53,373 nt of DNA from Polyangiales bacterium (GCA_044229975.1 JBGARZ010000030.1:1-53373); one strand, 5' to 3'; counted from the stretch's first letter, positions 30,001 through 39,545 are shown. Numbers and translations are program-made. Notes: generated from the letters alone by a model not told the origin.

Positions 30001-30596
30001 TGCTCAACGCCCACCGTCCGCGTGATCGTTCGCACCTCGAACACTTCGAGGCCTTCCACCAGGCGTTCTATCGAGCGGTAGAGGCGACCAGCGTGACGCC
30101 GTTTTCTCCGCGCGCGATCGACCGCGGACTGCCGGCGGTGGCCGTCGCGCTCGCTCGACTCTCGGAGCCAGGGCTCACAGCTCCCGACGGCGCCGCCGCG
30201 CTCGCGTCGGTGAAGACGCGCGTCACCGAATATGTGGCGGACACGCTCGTGCGCCGCGCCGAGGCACACCGAAAGGGAGCCCCCGCGGACGAGTCGCTGG
30301 AGGAGCTGTCGCAGGGACTTCGCGCACGCGTCGCAACGCTCTTCGACGCGTGGGCGCACGTCATCGACGATGACCCCGGCTCCAAGGGTCTCGCCTACCA
30401 GAAGTACGAGGACCCCGGTGGGGGGAGGCCGCTGCTGCACATGCCGCTCGACGAGGACCTCGCCGAGGCGAACCGGTACGAGCGGCGGTTTGTCGCCGCG
30501 CGCTCGATGCGCGACGTGGAGGCGTCGACCGACCTGATGGTGATGACCCGCAAGGGCGCCGGGGCCGTGGTCGCCGACGAGGAGGAGGGGCGATGA
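27063..30596 (+). CDS. drmA: DISARM helicase DrmA (~1177 aa)
   Basis: LRLDLVGP..WYLTGFL, EYAVGHG, WRPFQLAF, FPTGGGKTEAYLGL, MRYTLRLLTLDQ, IIQDELHLISGPLG, QASSRVGR. Confidence 0.93.
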   Translation: MHAAPVRDRLIHALRLDLVGPDPLDPRDVSLAAEVLEVPPTHWYLTGFLVPSGVVPELFEDPTATEEVTSGASGSEEGEDDDGPARRPVFPSSLGVTVLVPAEATTLHVTARWATYTPEAAAPKPAGATEPVERGGLPTLRWTREPYETEVSLALNAAALRKGAVLPGSGGVMVRGVLRPLRDDERAQIPAKTCVVTIFLVNQRPPIEAGPDQDRAVIFQTELAVHCSEGFVPRPNRRGAHLDDDLDERMGDLQYRDAFEYAVGHGVSVRSTVQGTGPDVFCDTVRTTWTPSAQVERVIPSEVLGCELRMDALAAMDSPATLRAEVAPMVRHYRDWIAQQGQTVLDTPARGDLSRFLLEEASRACDRIEAGLAHTEDPQVFDAFRRANRAMADAARQRSPHRYLAKQQGGEGKVPTWRPFQLAFVLMNVAAQAEPTHAERDVVDLIFFPTGGGKTEAYLGLAAFTLVLRRLRNPGVGSAGVAVLMRYTLRLLTLDQLGRAATLVCALELQRRESEALLGPQRFSIGLWVGKAVTPLRFGTDKDHDDSTARERVLAYNRNPDGAPSPLPLDKCPWCREPFGQDTFHLAPSIAAPRQMRVRCHAPACDFRWSRQWHEGLPIVTVDEEVYRELPCFLIATVDKFAALPWVGRTGLLLGRNATHRLPDGFAGPADPPDGATPLVTPLLPPDLIIQDELHLISGPLGTMVGLYETALDALSTRIVDGKVVRPKIVASTATVRNAQAQVRALFARSDVRVFPPPGPNRSTSFFAETLPLKHTKLGHPRTYVGISAPGRSMKVLLLRSYVALLGAAQRAYEDDPASSDPYMTLVGYFNSLRELGGARRIVEDEVRSKVARADRRRRAVGRSGDEELASRVISFDCVELTSRESTEMIKIAKERLEIAFGAKPTASAKAASPAKGAKAAKQRSPVDVALASNMISVGLDIERLGLMVVCGQPKTAAEYIQASSRVGRAADRPGLVVTLLNAHRPRDRSHLEHFEAFHQAFYRAVEATSVTPFSPRAIDRGLPAVAVALARLSEPGLTAPDGAAALASVKTRVTEYVADTLVRRAEAHRKGAPADESLEELSQGLRARVATLFDAWAHVIDDDPGSKGLAYQKYEDPGGGRPLLHMPLDEDLAEANRYERRFVAARSMRDVEASTDLMVMTRKGAGAVVADEEEGR

Positions 30597-32482
30597 GCCG
30601 CAGCGATCGTTGGAAGGCGGGCGTTCCCTTCGGCCAGCGGGCCCATGGGTCGATCCGACAGAGTCAGCTGGTGGGGATGTTCGGCCCCGGCGCGCTGGTC
30701 GACCTGATCGACGAGGCCGTGGTGGTGGCCGGCCTCTCGTGGTGGGCCAAGGGCACGCCCGTCCACGAGGAGCGCCTCGTGTCGATGCTCGCGCGCCAGG
30801 AGGGCTTCGGCAACGTGACGCTCCACGCGCCCCCGGCCGCCTCGCAGGATCGCGAGGATCCCAACCGCCGATGGATCAAGGCGTTCCAGTTTCCCGAGTG
30901 GTTCACCTGCCAGAGTGAGAGCTGCTGGGTCGACTTCGGGCGCGAGCCGCGGCGCGATGGCGGACGCCCGCGACGGCTGCTGCATGCGAGCGATCTCGAC
31001 TCGGGCGGTCACCGCTGCGAGGGCAAGGGGAAGAAGCGACCGAGTCCGGTGCAGCCGATCCGCTTCGTGCGCGCGTGTCGCTTCGGCCACCTCGACGACC
31101 TCGACTGGAAGGAACTCGTCCACGGCAAGGGCGGGACGTGCGCGAAGGCGCGACCGATGTACTGGATCGACGAAGCCGGCACCTCGGGCGACCTCGCCGA
31201 CGTGCGGGTGAGCTGCGACTGCGGGAAGAGCCTGCGCATGTCGGTGGCCGCCGAGCGTTCGTTCGACGACCCGCCGGTCGGGTGGTGCCAGGGCAAGCGC
31301 CCCTGGCTGGGTGACGTGCCGCGAGAGGACTGCCCCGGCGAGCCGATGAAGCTCCTCCTCCGTTCGGCGAGCCACGCGTACTTCCCGCAGGTGGTGAGCG
31401 TGATCCATGTGCCCGAGAAGTCGGCGCGCCTGCGCGACGCCGTGGGGCGCCTCTGGGACAAGCTCAAGGGGGCCAAGAAGGTCTCGAGCGTGGCGTTCTA
31501 CCGAGACGAGCAGGAGGACGTTGCCGAGGCCCTGCAAGGCATCACCGACGCCGAGGTGTTCGCGGAGATCGAGCGTCGTCGCAACGGCGCCCCGGTGGCG
31601 GGCAAGAAGCTCAAGGACGCCGAGGTCGAGGTGATGCTCGACTGCCCGCCGGAGCTCGCGAAGGACGACCCCTCGGGGAGCTTCTACGCGCGCACGGCGA
31701 AGCCCTGCTCGACGCGCGACCGCTCGCCGATGACGAAGATCGACAAGGTGGTGCTGGTGCACCGGCTCACGGAGGTGCGTGCGCTCGCAGGCTTCACGCG
31801 CTTCGAGCCCAAGATGACGGACGTCGACGGCGAGCTCGACCTCGGCGTCGGCACCGCGCGCATCGACCAGCCGCTGACGTGGCTCCCGGCGATCGAGAAC
31901 CACGGCGAGGGCGTGTTCTTCTCCCTCAAGGAGTCGCTGCTCACGAAGTGGGAGAGCACCCGCGCGGAAGCGCGCGGGAAGCAGTTCCGTACCGGCTTCA
32001 ACCGCTGGAAGCAGCGGCGCGCCGACCGGGCCGATGCGCGCGATGAGTTCGCGCGGCCGCGCTACGTGTTGATGCACTCCCTCGCACACCTGCTCATCAC
32101 GGCGGTGTCGCTGGAGTGCGGTTACCCCGCGAGCGCGATCCGCGAGCGGGTCTATGCGGGCTCGGCGGGCTCCGGGGTGTTGCTGTACACCGCGGCGCCG
32201 GGAGCGAGCGGATCGCTCGGCGGCCTGGTGCAGGTGGGTCGTGACTTCGAGCGCTTCCTCGATCTCGCGCTCAACCTCGCGAGGCTCTGCTCCAACGACC
32301 CTGTGTGCGCGGGACACTCGCCCGACGACGCGCACGATGACCGGCACCTGGAGGGCGCCTCCTGCCACGGTTGCCTGCTCATCTCGGAGCCCAGCTGCGA
32401 GCGGATGAACAGCTACCTCGATCGCACCCTGGTGGTGCCCACCGTCGAGGACGGGGACGCCGCGTTCTTCGACGAAGGGTGA
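30593..32482 (+). CDS. drmB: DISARM DrmB, DUF1998 (MrfA-like Zn-binding) protein (629 aa)
   Basis: IRQSQLVGMFGPGALVDL, HSLAHLLI..LECGYPASAIRER, CSNDPVC..GASCHGCLLISEPSCE; ATGA overlap with drmA. Confidence 0.93.
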   Translation: MSRSDRWKAGVPFGQRAHGSIRQSQLVGMFGPGALVDLIDEAVVVAGLSWWAKGTPVHEERLVSMLARQEGFGNVTLHAPPAASQDREDPNRRWIKAFQFPEWFTCQSESCWVDFGREPRRDGGRPRRLLHASDLDSGGHRCEGKGKKRPSPVQPIRFVRACRFGHLDDLDWKELVHGKGGTCAKARPMYWIDEAGTSGDLADVRVSCDCGKSLRMSVAAERSFDDPPVGWCQGKRPWLGDVPREDCPGEPMKLLLRSASHAYFPQVVSVIHVPEKSARLRDAVGRLWDKLKGAKKVSSVAFYRDEQEDVAEALQGITDAEVFAEIERRRNGAPVAGKKLKDAEVEVMLDCPPELAKDDPSGSFYARTAKPCSTRDRSPMTKIDKVVLVHRLTEVRALAGFTRFEPKMTDVDGELDLGVGTARIDQPLTWLPAIENHGEGVFFSLKESLLTKWESTRAEARGKQFRTGFNRWKQRRADRADARDEFARPRYVLMHSLAHLLITAVSLECGYPASAIRERVYAGSAGSGVLLYTAAPGASGSLGGLVQVGRDFERFLDLALNLARLCSNDPVCAGHSPDDAHDDRHLEGASCHGCLLISEPSCERMNSYLDRTLVVPTVEDGDAAFFDEG

Positions 32483-32485
32483 GCG

Positions 32486-33274
32486 ATGGACGACTGGGCC
32501 TCGGACGCGAACCCCGCCGACCTCGACCTGCTGGCCCGCGCGCTCGACGACGGGAGGCTATCCGCGCGTGGCGACTCCGCGGCGGCCGTGCAGGCCCTGG
32601 GGCTCGCTGAAGGGGCGAGGGTGCGGGCCTTCCTCGCGTCGGTGCCCGTGCGCGACCCGAAGGCCCTCGCGTGGTGCCTGCGACGCCTCGCTGCGGAGCG
32701 ACGCGCGTCGTCCGATCGCCTCGCGTGCAGCGCGCAACTGGTGTGGAGCGGTCAGGGCGACGGGCACCAGCCGCTGCGCGACACGCGGGCGGTGCTCGAC
32801 GAGGTGTGCGCTCGCGCCGAGCAGCACGTGATGCTCGCGACGTTCGTCGTGTACGACGGGCGGCGCAGCCTCGCGGCCCTCGCCCGGCGCATGCGCGAAG
32901 TGCCTTCGCTGCAGGTGGACTGCTACGTCGACCTGAAGGCCGCGCGGCACCAGGCGTCCGACGAGGCGCGCGACGTTGACGCGTGGGTGCGGCGCTTCCG
33001 CGAGGAGCACTGGCCCGACGATGTTCGCCTGCCCGCGATCTGGTACGACCCGGCGACGCTCGACCGGTCGGCGGGCACGTCGCTCCACGCGAAGTGCGTC
33101 GTGGTCGATGGCCGGTGGTCGTTCGTCACGTCGGCGAACTTCACTGAGGCCGCGCAGGAGCGGAACATCGAGGTGGGTGTGGTGCTCGACCACCCTGCGC
33201 TTGCCCAGGCCCTTAGGGCCCAGTTCCAGGGGCTGCGAGAGCGCGGTGGGTTTCGACGGATGGCGGGGACGTAG
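32486..33274 (+). CDS. drmC: DISARM phospholipase D-like nuclease DrmC (262 aa)
   Basis: LVWSG, SLHAKCVVVD (HKD), TSANFTEAAQERNIEVG; directly after drmB. Confidence 0.92.
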   Translation: MDDWASDANPADLDLLARALDDGRLSARGDSAAAVQALGLAEGARVRAFLASVPVRDPKALAWCLRRLAAERRASSDRLACSAQLVWSGQGDGHQPLRDTRAVLDEVCARAEQHVMLATFVVYDGRRSLAALARRMREVPSLQVDCYVDLKAARHQASDEARDVDAWVRRFREEHWPDDVRLPAIWYDPATLDRSAGTSLHAKCVVVDGRWSFVTSANFTEAAQERNIEVGVVLDHPALAQALRAQFQGLRERGGFRRMAGT

Positions 33275-33360
33275 CGGGACTTTGGGTGGGAGGGCCGTCG
33301 GGGCCTCGATACGGATCGGTGTCGGCAGGGAGCATCCCGCGGCGCTCGCAACCGCTTCTT

Positions 33361-35142
33361 CTATCGCGATCTGGCGCAACGGAACCCGACCGTGTGGCTC
33401 GACGTCGAGCCCGGTCCGCGCGCGGCGCCGCGCATCGCGGACTCATCCGCGGTCTGCCACGACCCGCCTCGAACTGCGTGGGACCCGGTTCCTGCGATCA
33501 CGCAGAGGGGATCGGTTCGCCGGAACTCTCCGGCCCAGCACCCGCGGCTCACGCTGTAGTCGGACCACGCGTCAGCGGTCCACTCGGTGACGTTTCCCGC
33601 GAGGTCGTAGAACCCTCGTGTTGGAGCGAAGCGGTTGACGCCGCAGGTCGATCGCTGGACGTACCCGCCACAGCCGGTGTTGAGCCCTGACCAGCAGCGA
33701 GGGAAGCACGCGGGCGTCCACGCGTGGCCCCAGGGGTATGCAAGCCCCTCGCTGGTGCGTGCGGCGTACTCGAACTCTGCCTCGGTCGGTAGACGCCCAC
33801 CGTCCCAGACGCAGAACGCCTGGGCGGTCCCCCAGTCGACACAGTTGATCGGCTGACTCTCCCGTGATCCCGAGGCCGAGTACCAGTTGCAGGTCGGCGA
33901 TGCCGCCGCCGAGATCGGCTCCACGGTGGGACCGTTCCAGCGGAGCAACTGGGCGCCTGGATAGGAGACCTCGGCGGGTGGATCGGGGTGCCCGGCCGTC
34001 CAGAACCGACGGAACCTCGCGACCGTGACCTCGAAGGCGTCGAGCGCGTACGAACTGACGGTGACCGATCCCGGAGGGGGGCTGCCGCCGCTTGCGCCGG
34101 ATTGGCCCATCGGGACCTCCCCACCTGCGACTTCGACCATCCCGCACCCCACCTCGTCACTGACCGGACAACTGGAGCCCAGGCCCGTAGGGGCGACGCA
34201 GCGTCCTTCAAGGCAGGTCGCGCCGCCAGTGCACGCGTGGCCGCAGGCGCCGCAGTGGGAGGCGCTGTTGTTCCGGTTCACTTCGCACCCGTTGGACGCA
34301 TCGGCGTCGCAGTTCCCCAGGGGTGCAGTGCAGGCGATGGTGCAAGCGCCTGAGTCGCACCCGGCCACTCCGCCCACGGCACTGCATCGAACGCCGCATG
34401 CCCCGCAGTTGGCGTTGTCGCTCGCGACAGCGACCTCGCATCCATCAAAGGCAGCGCCGTTGCAATCGCGGCGATCGGGCGGGCAGGTCAGGGGAACCTC
34501 GCGGTCCGGCGAAGGCGCCACGTCCCGCGGAGTCTGCCGGTCGGTCGCAAGCGCCACGTCCGCTGGCGTCGGCCGGTCGGACCCACTGGGGATGTCGCCC
34601 GGGACGTCGATAGCATCCGTGGGGGTCGAGGCGTCCAGACCATGGAAGGCGACGACCATGGTCTGGGCTGCGGAGGCCGGCTCGCAGCTTCCGCTCGTTG
34701 TGCAGCGTTCGTCCCTCTCGCAGGGGTCTCCGAGGCACGCGGACGCGAACAGCAAAGGGATCTCCTGGGTCTGTCCCGGGGAGAATCGAACCACCGCCCG
34801 TTGAGCGACCACGGCCGTACTCGCCGTGCAACCGTTGGGGTCGCCACACCCGAGCGCCTCGATCCAGACGGGTGTCTCGGTGTCCGCGTTGGCGGCAAGC
34901 ACGCCGATATAGAGCGGCAAGGGACGCCTCTCTCCTCCCTGTCCCAACGCGGTCACGCGGGTGCTGCGGAGGGGGCCGGTGGGTCCACCTCGCCGCACTG
35001 TGAGCAGGACCGCTTGCACCGACTGTCTGGGGCCCCAGGCGATCTCGGACTCCACCCGCACCACCAGCTCCGTGCGAGGTTGTTCGCAGGCCGCCCCGAC
35101 GAGCGCCGACATCCCCAGCCCAACGAATGCCCTCCGTCGCAC
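33361..35142 (-). CDS. Putative Tat-exported lipoprotein with Cys-rich repeats and C-terminal FGE-sulfatase domain (593 aa)
   Basis: MRRRAFV twin-arginine-like signal and GAAC lipobox; two DGCEV/NGCEV..CGACG repeats; RLPTEAEFEYAAR, YPWG, DLAGNVTEW, RGGSW, GFRCA. Confidence 0.85.
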   Translation of the reverse strand: MRRRAFVGLGMSALVGAACEQPRTELVVRVESEIAWGPRQSVQAVLLTVRRGGPTGPLRSTRVTALGQGGERRPLPLYIGVLAANADTETPVWIEALGCGDPNGCTASTAVVAQRAVVRFSPGQTQEIPLLFASACLGDPCERDERCTTSGSCEPASAAQTMVVAFHGLDASTPTDAIDVPGDIPSGSDRPTPADVALATDRQTPRDVAPSPDREVPLTCPPDRRDCNGAAFDGCEVAVASDNANCGACGVRCSAVGGVAGCDSGACTIACTAPLGNCDADASNGCEVNRNNSASHCGACGHACTGGATCLEGRCVAPTGLGSSCPVSDEVGCGMVEVAGGEVPMGQSGASGGSPPPGSVTVSSYALDAFEVTVARFRRFWTAGHPDPPAEVSYPGAQLLRWNGPTVEPISAAASPTCNWYSASGSRESQPINCVDWGTAQAFCVWDGGRLPTEAEFEYAARTSEGLAYPWGHAWTPACFPRCWSGLNTGCGGYVQRSTCGVNRFAPTRGFYDLAGNVTEWTADAWSDYSVSRGCWAGEFRRTDPLCVIAGTGSHAVRGGSWQTADESAMRGAARGPGSTSSHTVGFRCARSR

Positions 35143-35319
35143 GGCCGCACGCTAGCAAACAGACCGCGGCTCAGGCGATCAATCCGCGGCGGGTTTTCGC
35201 GCCATCGCCGTCCGTCGTCACGCATTGCCTCCCGTGGAAAGGTCGGGCCGGTAGTGAGCGTGGGGCGTGTTCGGCGCAAAGTAGCGACCGCCGTAGAGAA
35301 TCGCTGCGTTACGCACCAT

Positions 35320-36246
35320 TCAGTGGGCAGTGATCCGTGAGGCAATTCCCGCGAGGTAGCGGTCCATCGACTGGATGTGCGACGCGTCGGCGCGGATCAC
35401 GGAATTCTCCCCGATGAGCGTGGCGTGCGATGAGCCGTCGATGCCAACGATCCATCGCACCCCGCTCTGATAGGCGTCGCGCAAGATGCCGCCCGACCAT
35501 AGGACGATGAACGTGCCCACGCAGACGCTGTCCCTGCACAGCACCGAAGACCGACCCATCGCGCCACCGCCGCCGGTCGGGTGGAGGAGGGCGCGAATCT
35601 GGCGCGCGGTCGGGTCGTTCAGCGTGGCCAGCATCTCGCGGCGAACCGACTCCAATGTCGATCTCCGACTCTCATCCCCGGCACCCCCTGATTCCTCCGC
35701 GCGAGCCTCCGAACTGTCAGCCGCTGAGGTTCGCGTGCCCTCACTCGCTGCCTCGGCGGGAGCTGCACAGGCACAGGGCTCCCAAGCCATCCCGGAGTGG
35801 GCGCACGACTGCACACCCGAGGAGCCACCCACGCATAGACAAGCCTGCGTGCCCCCAGGGATGCAAGCCCTTGCGGGCGTCTCCGGCTGCTGCGACGGGG
35901 TCTCTGATGGTGCTGGGGTCCCGGCGGCGACGTCTCCCGCGCGTTCAGCGATGGACCCGGCGGGACAGGCACGCAGGAGCACTGTGCTCACGAAGAGCCA
36001 GCCCTCGGCGGTGTCGATCCGGGCCCGTACTGCCCGGTTCGACGCCTGCCGCGCACTTCCGTAGCTGATCACCCGCACCTGGGTGCGTGCAGGGAAGGAC
36101 ACACCACCGCTCGCCACGGCCTGCCGTTCCAGGAGCCTGAACGGCGTCGGCATGGTGACCAGGCATCCAGTCTGCTGCGCCGAGGCGGCCGACGTGATCG
36201 TCGTGAGCCCAAACGCGCAAGCAAAGCTGAACTTCCAAGTCGGCAT
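35320..36246 (-). CDS. Secreted protein with possible SH3b-like N-terminal domain and a Cys-rich module (308 aa)
   Basis: AGGAG RBS; signal peptide ending ASA-Q; ..VRARIDTAEGWL..; CIPGGTQACLCVGGSSGVQSC..WEPCAC. Confidence 0.6.
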   Translation of the reverse strand: MPTWKFSFACAFGLTTITSAASAQQTGCLVTMPTPFRLLERQAVASGGVSFPARTQVRVISYGSARQASNRAVRARIDTAEGWLFVSTVLLRACPAGSIAERAGDVAAGTPAPSETPSQQPETPARACIPGGTQACLCVGGSSGVQSCAHSGMAWEPCACAAPAEAASEGTRTSAADSSEARAEESGGAGDESRRSTLESVRREMLATLNDPTARQIRALLHPTGGGGAMGRSSVLCRDSVCVGTFIVLWSGGILRDAYQSGVRWIVGIDGSSHATLIGENSVIRADASHIQSMDRYLAGIASRITAH

Positions 36247-36504
36247 TCCCAGGACTCCTGCCCCGCATCCTGCTGCGCGGACGGCAGGGAAGCTCTCCCC
36301 TGCCAACCCTATTCGTCAACGCCTTCGAACGCTCCACGACTCGGGCGTCCTCGATGCCGTCGGCGAGTACGGCAGGTAGACGGTCCGCCTGCACTCCGCC
36401 ATGGCCACGGAACCCTCAGGCATTGGTCGTCGCATGCCCGTCACAAGGTGTCGTAGCCTGTGTGTCGCTTGCCAGAATTGCGGCCGACATGGTAGCCCAC
36501 CGAG

Positions 36505-38502
36505 GTGAATTCTCTGCAGCTTCTGCCGCAGGTCCAAGACGCGGTGCGACAGGTGAGGGAGCGGCTTGAGTCGACCCGGCGGGTCGCCCTGCTTGGTGAC
36601 GCCGGGTCGGGTCGATCGACCGTTCTCGACGAGGTCGCACGCACCATGACGACGGCGCGAGTTTCGACTCCTCGCACCGGCGACGACGCTGCGGCGGTGA
36701 CCTTGATGGACCTTGCCGTGTGTCTTCCGGACGCCGGGGATCTGACCCGTGAGCTCAAGCGGCTCGAACTTCGCTGGGCCGACAAGTTGGACCTCGTTCG
36801 CGGGAAGCTGGCCGCTGCGGGAGACCTCGTCGTCCTCTTCGATGAACCAGTCTTGCTGCCACGTTCGAGCGCGCCTCAGGACGCGTTCGAACGTCGGCGA
36901 ATCGAGGTCGCGGAGATGGTCACGAACGCTGCGCCGAAGATCGTCTTCACGGCCGAACCGTCGGCAATGCTACTGCATCCCGATCACGTCTCGATCCCCA
37001 CAAGGTCTGGCGCTCGGGCGCTGCTCGCGCAGGAGCATTGGGGCGAGTGGGCCTCGTTCGCGGCGGCACTGGCCGCGGCCGGGGGGAACAACCTCGACGC
37101 CTGGTCTCCGCTCGCGCTGCGAATGGCAGTCGCGCTGATTGCCCATGGGCAGGCGAGCGCGTCTGCGCTGGTCGAACGGCCACATGGGGTGCGGTCACTG
37201 GCGCCGCGAGTGGTGGCGCTCGTGCGCCGCGATCCTGGGCTGCGGAAGCTCGCGGAGTCGCTGGCGTTGGTACGTCTGCCCTTCGCCGCCGACCTGCTCG
37301 ATCGCCTCGAAGTCGGCGCGCTTGCGTCAGAGTCCAAGCGATTGCTTTCGAGTGTCTTGACCTACGAGGTTGACGGTCGACTCGTATGCCACGACGTCTT
37401 CGCACGGGTCCTGCTGCGATCGTCGATGGACCTCGCGCCGGACGAGCGTACCGAGCGGACTGCGGCCCACCACACGCTGGCGACGTATTACGGAGAGCGG
37501 TTCGAGAGGGCGGGTGCCGCCCACGATCTCGGCAAAGCCGTCCGCTTCGAGATGGAGGCCGTGCATCACCTGACCGAGGCCGGCGATTCGCGGGCACTGG
37601 AGAGGTTTACGCCGTTCTTTGTCGAACAGTGGGATGCGCTGGGCAAGGTGTTGGGGCAAGCCCGCAAGCACGAAGAGGCGGTGCGCTGCTACGAGCAGGC
37701 ACTCGAGCACGATCCTGAAGACGCCTACGCCCACCACTACAAGGCCTTCAATCTCGATTGCCTGGCGGTGCGGGTGAGTGAGGTCGAACACCACTACCGC
37801 GAGGCCATCCGGCTCGACCCGTCTCACGTCTGGCACCACGGCCGATTCGATTGTTTTCTAGTGACCCGCGGCCGGGTCGGCGACGCTCGACGTGCCTGGA
37901 CGGCGGCGCTCGCAGACCTCGCTCCCGGCGGGGACTATCGCTCCGAGAGCGTCTACGAGGAACTCCATCAGGGCGTCGCTCGTCTGCTCCTGCATCGCGG
38001 CGAACTGGAGTTCGCACGGGAGGTGCTCAACGACGTGGAGACGTATGCAGTCAAGGGGTCGGAGTGGTTTCGGGCGCTGTCGTTGTACCTGCACATGCTC
38101 GCCGAGGCGGCGCGCGACGAGGTCGTCTTCCCCCCACACGTTCCAGTGAACGAGCGCTGGGTGGCGCCGCACACGGTTCCCGAGGGCTCGGTGCTGGAAG
38201 GTCTCCTGAGCTGGATGCCGGGCAGGGTCGCCAGGGTCGACGACACCGAGGTGCACGTCCGTGTCGCTGCGTACGATGGGTCGTCGCCGAGCTATGGCTG
38301 GCGGACGTTCGACGCCGCACGCCTCCGGGCGATGACCGACTCGACCTGGGACATCCCCGCAGGGACGTTCATCGAGATTCTGTCCTTCGAGGGGGACCGC
38401 GAGGTTGTGCGCACCCACGCCAAGGTGCCGTTCGAACCTCGTCTCCCTGGAATCTACCCACGTCCCGACCGCTACCTTCGTCGTGTCGCTTCCCGTACTT
38501 GA
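36505..38502 (+). CDS. P-loop NTPase-like (degenerate Walker A) + TPR protein (665 aa)
   Basis: VALLGDAGSGRS (K replaced by R), LVVLFDEP Walker B; TPRs WDALGKVLGQARKHEEAVRCYEQALEHDPEDAYAH..YREAIRLDP. Confidence 0.75.
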   Translation: MNSLQLLPQVQDAVRQVRERLESTRRVALLGDAGSGRSTVLDEVARTMTTARVSTPRTGDDAAAVTLMDLAVCLPDAGDLTRELKRLELRWADKLDLVRGKLAAAGDLVVLFDEPVLLPRSSAPQDAFERRRIEVAEMVTNAAPKIVFTAEPSAMLLHPDHVSIPTRSGARALLAQEHWGEWASFAAALAAAGGNNLDAWSPLALRMAVALIAHGQASASALVERPHGVRSLAPRVVALVRRDPGLRKLAESLALVRLPFAADLLDRLEVGALASESKRLLSSVLTYEVDGRLVCHDVFARVLLRSSMDLAPDERTERTAAHHTLATYYGERFERAGAAHDLGKAVRFEMEAVHHLTEAGDSRALERFTPFFVEQWDALGKVLGQARKHEEAVRCYEQALEHDPEDAYAHHYKAFNLDCLAVRVSEVEHHYREAIRLDPSHVWHHGRFDCFLVTRGRVGDARRAWTAALADLAPGGDYRSESVYEELHQGVARLLLHRGELEFAREVLNDVETYAVKGSEWFRALSLYLHMLAEAARDEVVFPPHVPVNERWVAPHTVPEGSVLEGLLSWMPGRVARVDDTEVHVRVAAYDGSSPSYGWRTFDAARLRAMTDSTWDIPAGTFIEILSFEGDREVVRTHAKVPFEPRLPGIYPRPDRYLRRVASRT

Positions 38503-39493
38503 TGACGATGAACTTCACGTCTTCGTCTTCGGACCGGGCGTGGGAGAGCTTGTCATGGTGCGAGCCCCGCCGGGGGAGTGGCTCGTCGTGGACGGATGCT
38601 CGGGCAACGCGAAGGCGTACGCTCCTCAGGTGCTGCGCCACTACGGCGGGCGCTGCCGGCTCGTCGTGTTTACTCACCCCCACAGCGATCACGCGCGCGG
38701 GGTCGCCGAGGTCATCGATGAGGCGACGGCTGGGCCCTTCCTGAGCTGGCCGCGGGTCGGAATGTTGCCGCTTTTTGCGTCGGCGTTACCGCCCCCGACT
38801 CCAGGGACCGATCCTGCGGCGGAATACGAGGGCGGAGTCGCCGAGCAGGCATGCGCGACGGTCGTCGACCGTTGGGACCGCCACCCGCCGTGCCGTTGGG
38901 ACCTGACGGTGGGCGCGGATGAACCCTTGGGTTCGGCATCGGTGCGCGCACTTTCGCCATCGGCTGTGGCGGTCGGTCGAAACGGCAGGGACGTGAACAC
39001 CTTGGCGACCGCTCTGACCGTCGAGTGGGAGGGTCGAAGGATTCTGCTTGGGTCCGACCTGGTGGAATCGCCCGGTTCTGGGTGGAGCGCGGCGCTCTCC
39101 GCGTATGGGGGTCTTGCGACCCACGATCTCGCAAAGATTCCGCATCACGGGTCCGTCAAGGCCATCCACGCGCCGGTGTTTCCGTCGCCGGTCACCGGGA
39201 TCATCACTCCATTCTCTACGAAGCATCTGCCGAGGTTCGACGCCGCGGGCGGGGTCGCACTCCTCCACAGCTTCGGGGTGGACGTGGTGCTCACCTCCCT
39301 TCCTCGCGCGCATGCGTCGCAAGCAGGGACTCCCAGGACGATCATGCGGAGCGACCTCGCGTCGGATCCGACAGTTCGCCTCGACCCGCAGACCACGGGG
39401 TTCCCAGACTGCTTTGTGTGCGCGTCCTTCGATCGCACGGTGGCTCCTCCTCGACTGCATTACGGCCCCGGTTCGGTGAGGGTCAATCAGTAG
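38483..39493 (+). CDS. Metallo-beta-lactamase-fold hydrolase, ComEC/Rec2-like (~336 aa; start uncertain)
   Basis: FGPGVGE, VVDGC, THPHSDH, LLGSD, KIPHHGS; GTG at 38483 overlaps the end of the upstream gene. Confidence 0.85.
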   Translation: MSLPVLDDDELHVFVFGPGVGELVMVRAPPGEWLVVDGCSGNAKAYAPQVLRHYGGRCRLVVFTHPHSDHARGVAEVIDEATAGPFLSWPRVGMLPLFASALPPPTPGTDPAAEYEGGVAEQACATVVDRWDRHPPCRWDLTVGADEPLGSASVRALSPSAVAVGRNGRDVNTLATALTVEWEGRRILLGSDLVESPGSGWSAALSAYGGLATHDLAKIPHHGSVKAIHAPVFPSPVTGIITPFSTKHLPRFDAAGGVALLHSFGVDVVLTSLPRAHASQAGTPRTIMRSDLASDPTVRLDPQTTGFPDCFVCASFDRTVAPPRLHYGPGSVRVNQ

Positions 39494-39545
39494 ATCTATC
39501 TGGGAGACCCTCATGAGGGGTCGACGACGTCGGGCCGAGCGGTAG

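Noticed and set aside
33361..35142. Diversity-generating retroelement target (FGE/CLec-fold C-termini)
   Set aside because: No reverse transcriptase or template repeat with adenine-specific differences in the window.
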